Position numbers and translations under genes: made by a program. Below, in pieces: positions 61,101 to 64,000 of a stretch of DNA of 64,000 nucleotides; within the stretch, counting starts at the first letter, position 1, and the number at the start of each line of letters is the position of its first letter. Below the pieces are notes generated by a model that made no database searches, was not told the origin of the DNA, and worked only from the letters and a program-made list of their open reading frames with translations. The stretch covers positions 11,407,675 through 11,471,674 of the forward strand of contig OZ316899.1 of assembly GCA_973895155.1 (NCBI GenBank). Direction: 5' to 3'. The DNA is from Marsupella aquatica (lineage: Eukaryota; Plantae; Marchantiophyta).

Positions 61101-64000
61101 ACCTGGAGCCCCGAGATTCCGTCCGTAATAAAGGAACCCAAGGAACTCCCAAAGGACCAGCCGACAGTCTGGGAACCTGTGGCCTACGATGGCACCAGAC
61201 TAGAGGAATTGGAAGCTCACCTTGACCGGGCCACCAGAGACCATGTGGAGGTAATCCGCAAGGAATCCTATGGCAGGTACACCACCAAGAGGGAGAGAAC
61301 ATTCAACGTCGGTTATGGCCTACGAGCGCCAGAGGAAAAGGCCATCCAAGAACTCCTATCGGAATATGAGGACGTCTTCGCATGGAGTCACCGAGACTTA
61401 ACCGGGATTTCACCAGCCTATGGCGAACACGTCATCGATCTAAACTTGGGTGCTCATGCCGTCCGAGAAAGGCAACGAAGACTAAACCCAAGACATTCCG
61501 TCTTGGTAAAGGAGGAGTTGGATCAACTGATCGTGGCGGACATCATCTACCCCGTCTTATCTAGCGAATGGGTGTCCCCCATTGTGGTGGTTCCTAAGAA
61601 GGTAGGGCCTGATGGTAAACCTAAAATTCGAATATGCCAAGACTATCGGAAGCTCAACGACGCTACTCGGAAAGACCATTACCCGCTACCTTACACGGAT
61701 ATGGTCCTTGACATGGTAGCCCGAAATGAGGTGTACACGTTCCTAGATGGATATTTGGGTTATAACCAGATTTGGATCAGACTATCGGACCAGCTCAAAA
61801 CCACGTTCATAACCGAGTGGGGAACCTACGCGTTCAGGCGGATGCCCTTTGGCTTATGCAATGCCCCGGCTATGTTCCAGCGAATCATTATGAATATTTT
61901 TCATGACTTCTTACGAGAATTTTTGGAGGTGTTCATAGACGATTTTGCCATCTTCGGAACAATCGCCCAGCACCCAGAACATCTGAGGCGGACTTTGGAG
62001 CGGTGTCGGGAAGTAGGGTTGAAATTACACCCGGGCAAATGCTTCTTCGGGGTAACGGAAGGAGTGCTACTTGGACACCGAGTGTCCAAACGGGGGATCG
62101 AGGTGGACCAGGAGAAGGTGGCCGCATGGATGAACGTCCCTTACCCAGCGGACCAGAAGGCGGTGCGATCCTTCTTAGGGTGCGTAGGATACTACCGACG
62201 ATTCATTCAGGATTTTGCTAAGATAGCCCTACCCCTTACGGAAATGATGAAGCAAGACGCGGTCATAGAAATGACTCCCCGTCGAAAATCAGCCTTTGAC
62301 GAACTAAAAAACCAGCTCACGATGGCTCCGATTCTGACTACCCCCGATTGGAACAAGGAGTTCCATGTGTATGTCGACGTGTCTGGGTTCTGCATCGGCT
62401 CAGTCCTAAGCCAACTGGATGACGAAAAACGTGACCACCCCATTTACTTCGCGAGTCGACAACTGTTTGCTGTAGAGAAAAACTATTCGCCCACCGATCG
62501 GGAGGCCTTGGGAATCATCTACTCGTGTAAAAAGTTTCGCCATTATCTATTGGGGTATAAGGTAGTATTCCATACTGACCATGACAGCCTGAAGTACATG
62601 GTAAACAAAGCAGACTTAACAGGGAGAATAGCCCGTTGGGTCCTGCTGCTCCAAGAATTTAACTACGAAGTCAGGGTGCGACCAAGGAAAGCTCACGTAA
62701 ATGTGGACTTCTTCTCAAGGATCGAAGGGGAGTCGGACGACGCACCTGTCGATGATGCATTCCCGGATGAGGAGTTATTCCGCGTAGAAACGGACCAACC
62801 AACATGGTATGGGGACCTAATCACCTTCCTCTTAACGGCCCGCATTCCAAGTAACATAAACCAAGAGGCCGCGTCGGTCTTTCTCCGCAAGGCCGCACCA
62901 TACATGATGATCCGCGGACATCTGCATAAGGAAGGCGTCGATGGGAAAATCCACAAATGCCTAGACTATAACGAGACGATCATTGTCATGCGAGCTATGC
63001 ACAAGGAAGAGGCAGGAGGACACTTCGCCCCGGTCACCACGGCTCACAAAATCTTGGACGCAGGTTATTGGTGGCCCACGCTTCATCACGACGTAGCCCA
63101 TTTTATCCGAGGGTGTGACTTATGTCAGCGCGCAGGCAAACCTCGCAGATCGGGTAATCATCCTCTAACTCCAATCTTTCCCCTTGCCCCGTTTGAGAAA
63201 TGGGGCATCGATTATATCGGACCATTCACTCCGGTAACCCGAGGTCGACGTTGCCGGTACATCCTTCTGGCTATCGACTACTCGACTAAATGGGGAGGCC
63301 CGGGCAACGGTCAAGGATGACGCGGCCACCACTGCCAGGTTCCTGTACGAACAGATCTTCACCCGCTTTGGACCTCCCTTGGAATTAGTCAGCAACCGTG
63401 GGACTCATTTTTTGAACGAAACGGTGGAAAACTGACTGACCGTTACCTCGTCAAGCACAGGAAGACTACTCCTTATCATCCCAAATGTAACGGACTAGCA
63501 GAGCGGGCTAATGGCATTGTAGGGAAAATCCTCAACAAAACCGTGGCAGCCCACAAAACAGACTGGACGACAAGCTTTTCGCGGCGGTCTATTCGTACAA
63601 CTTGGCGTTCAAGACCACTACAAACCATAGTCCGTATTTCTTGGTATTCGGACAACATGCGCTAGTACCCGTCGAGTTCGAGGTCGAGACCCCCCGGGTG
63701 CGCATCCGCCACAGACTATCGGAGGCCGCTAGTTCATCCGATCGAGCATATAAGATCGACAGTCTAGAAGAACACAGATTGTGGGCATCGCAACGCGTGG
63801 CAGCTAAGCAAGAAGCAACGAAGAAACAGCATGACAAGGGACTGCGCCAGGTGGACATCACTGCGGGAGATCTTGTCCTTCTGTACGACAGTAGGTACAT
63901 GTACTTTCCAGGAAAGTTACACACACGCTGGCTAGGACCTTTCGTTGTCCAGCAGATGTACCTGAACGGATCCCTACAACTATCGACGTACGCCGGCGAC
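58180..64000 (+). pseudogene. Gypsy Gag-Pol (gag, three CCHC knuckles, protease, RT, RNase H, integrase); lightly disrupted
   Basis: FKGRPTDDPDEWI, CYNCEKPGHFAREC, IDGGSGVN, QDYRKLN, FIDD, HTDHDSL, WGIDYIGPF. Stops at 58635 and 58953; frameshift near 63293. Confidence 0.93.

Larger units (their letters stand above)
54229..64000 (+). mobile_element. Gypsy LTR retrotransposon, family A (non-chromovirus-like RT); runs off the window
   Basis: 5' LTR 54229-58065 (TGTGACAC...GTGCGACA), candidate PBS region 58066-58100, then gag-pol. Confidence 0.92.

Noticed and set aside
1-64000. tRNA, rRNA or conserved host genes
   Set aside because: None are recognisable; almost all sequence is attributable to mobile elements.

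Overview
This window is eukaryotic plant DNA (spliceosomal GT-AG introns; CACTA, Mutator, Gypsy and Bianca-type Copia elements). The element types suggest an early-diverging land plant such as a bryophyte, but I cannot identify the species. I found no ordinary host gene. Nearly the whole window is a deeply nested transposon pile, and most junctions can be resolved from termini and target-site duplications (TSDs). Four unrelated elements each carry a chromatin-related cargo. (1) A Mutator-like element (<1 to ~8920) has a divergently transcribed multi-exon gene fusing a ParB/Srx-like DGNHR domain to a degenerate N4C/N6A (beta-class) DNA-methyltransferase fold, and an 18-bp palindrome recurs only in its non-coding DNA. 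(2) A complete CACTA element (9320-23743, TSD TCT) has an intact SET-domain ORF ahead of its Tnp2 transposase. (3) A Gypsy-type retroelement (27989-37924, TSD CCAT) has a DNMT3-like C5 methyltransferase between protease and RT and a PHD finger after integrase. Its termini are split direct repeats (A-ORF-B-A-B) rather than two LTRs, and it has a self-complementary primer site. (4) Two Gypsy families have 3.8-4.7 kb LTRs that themselves contain a long plant-mobile-domain-like, coiled-coil ORF, which is retained in solo LTRs. Most reading frames carry stops or frameshifts. All domain calls come from motif recognition by eye, not from database searches.
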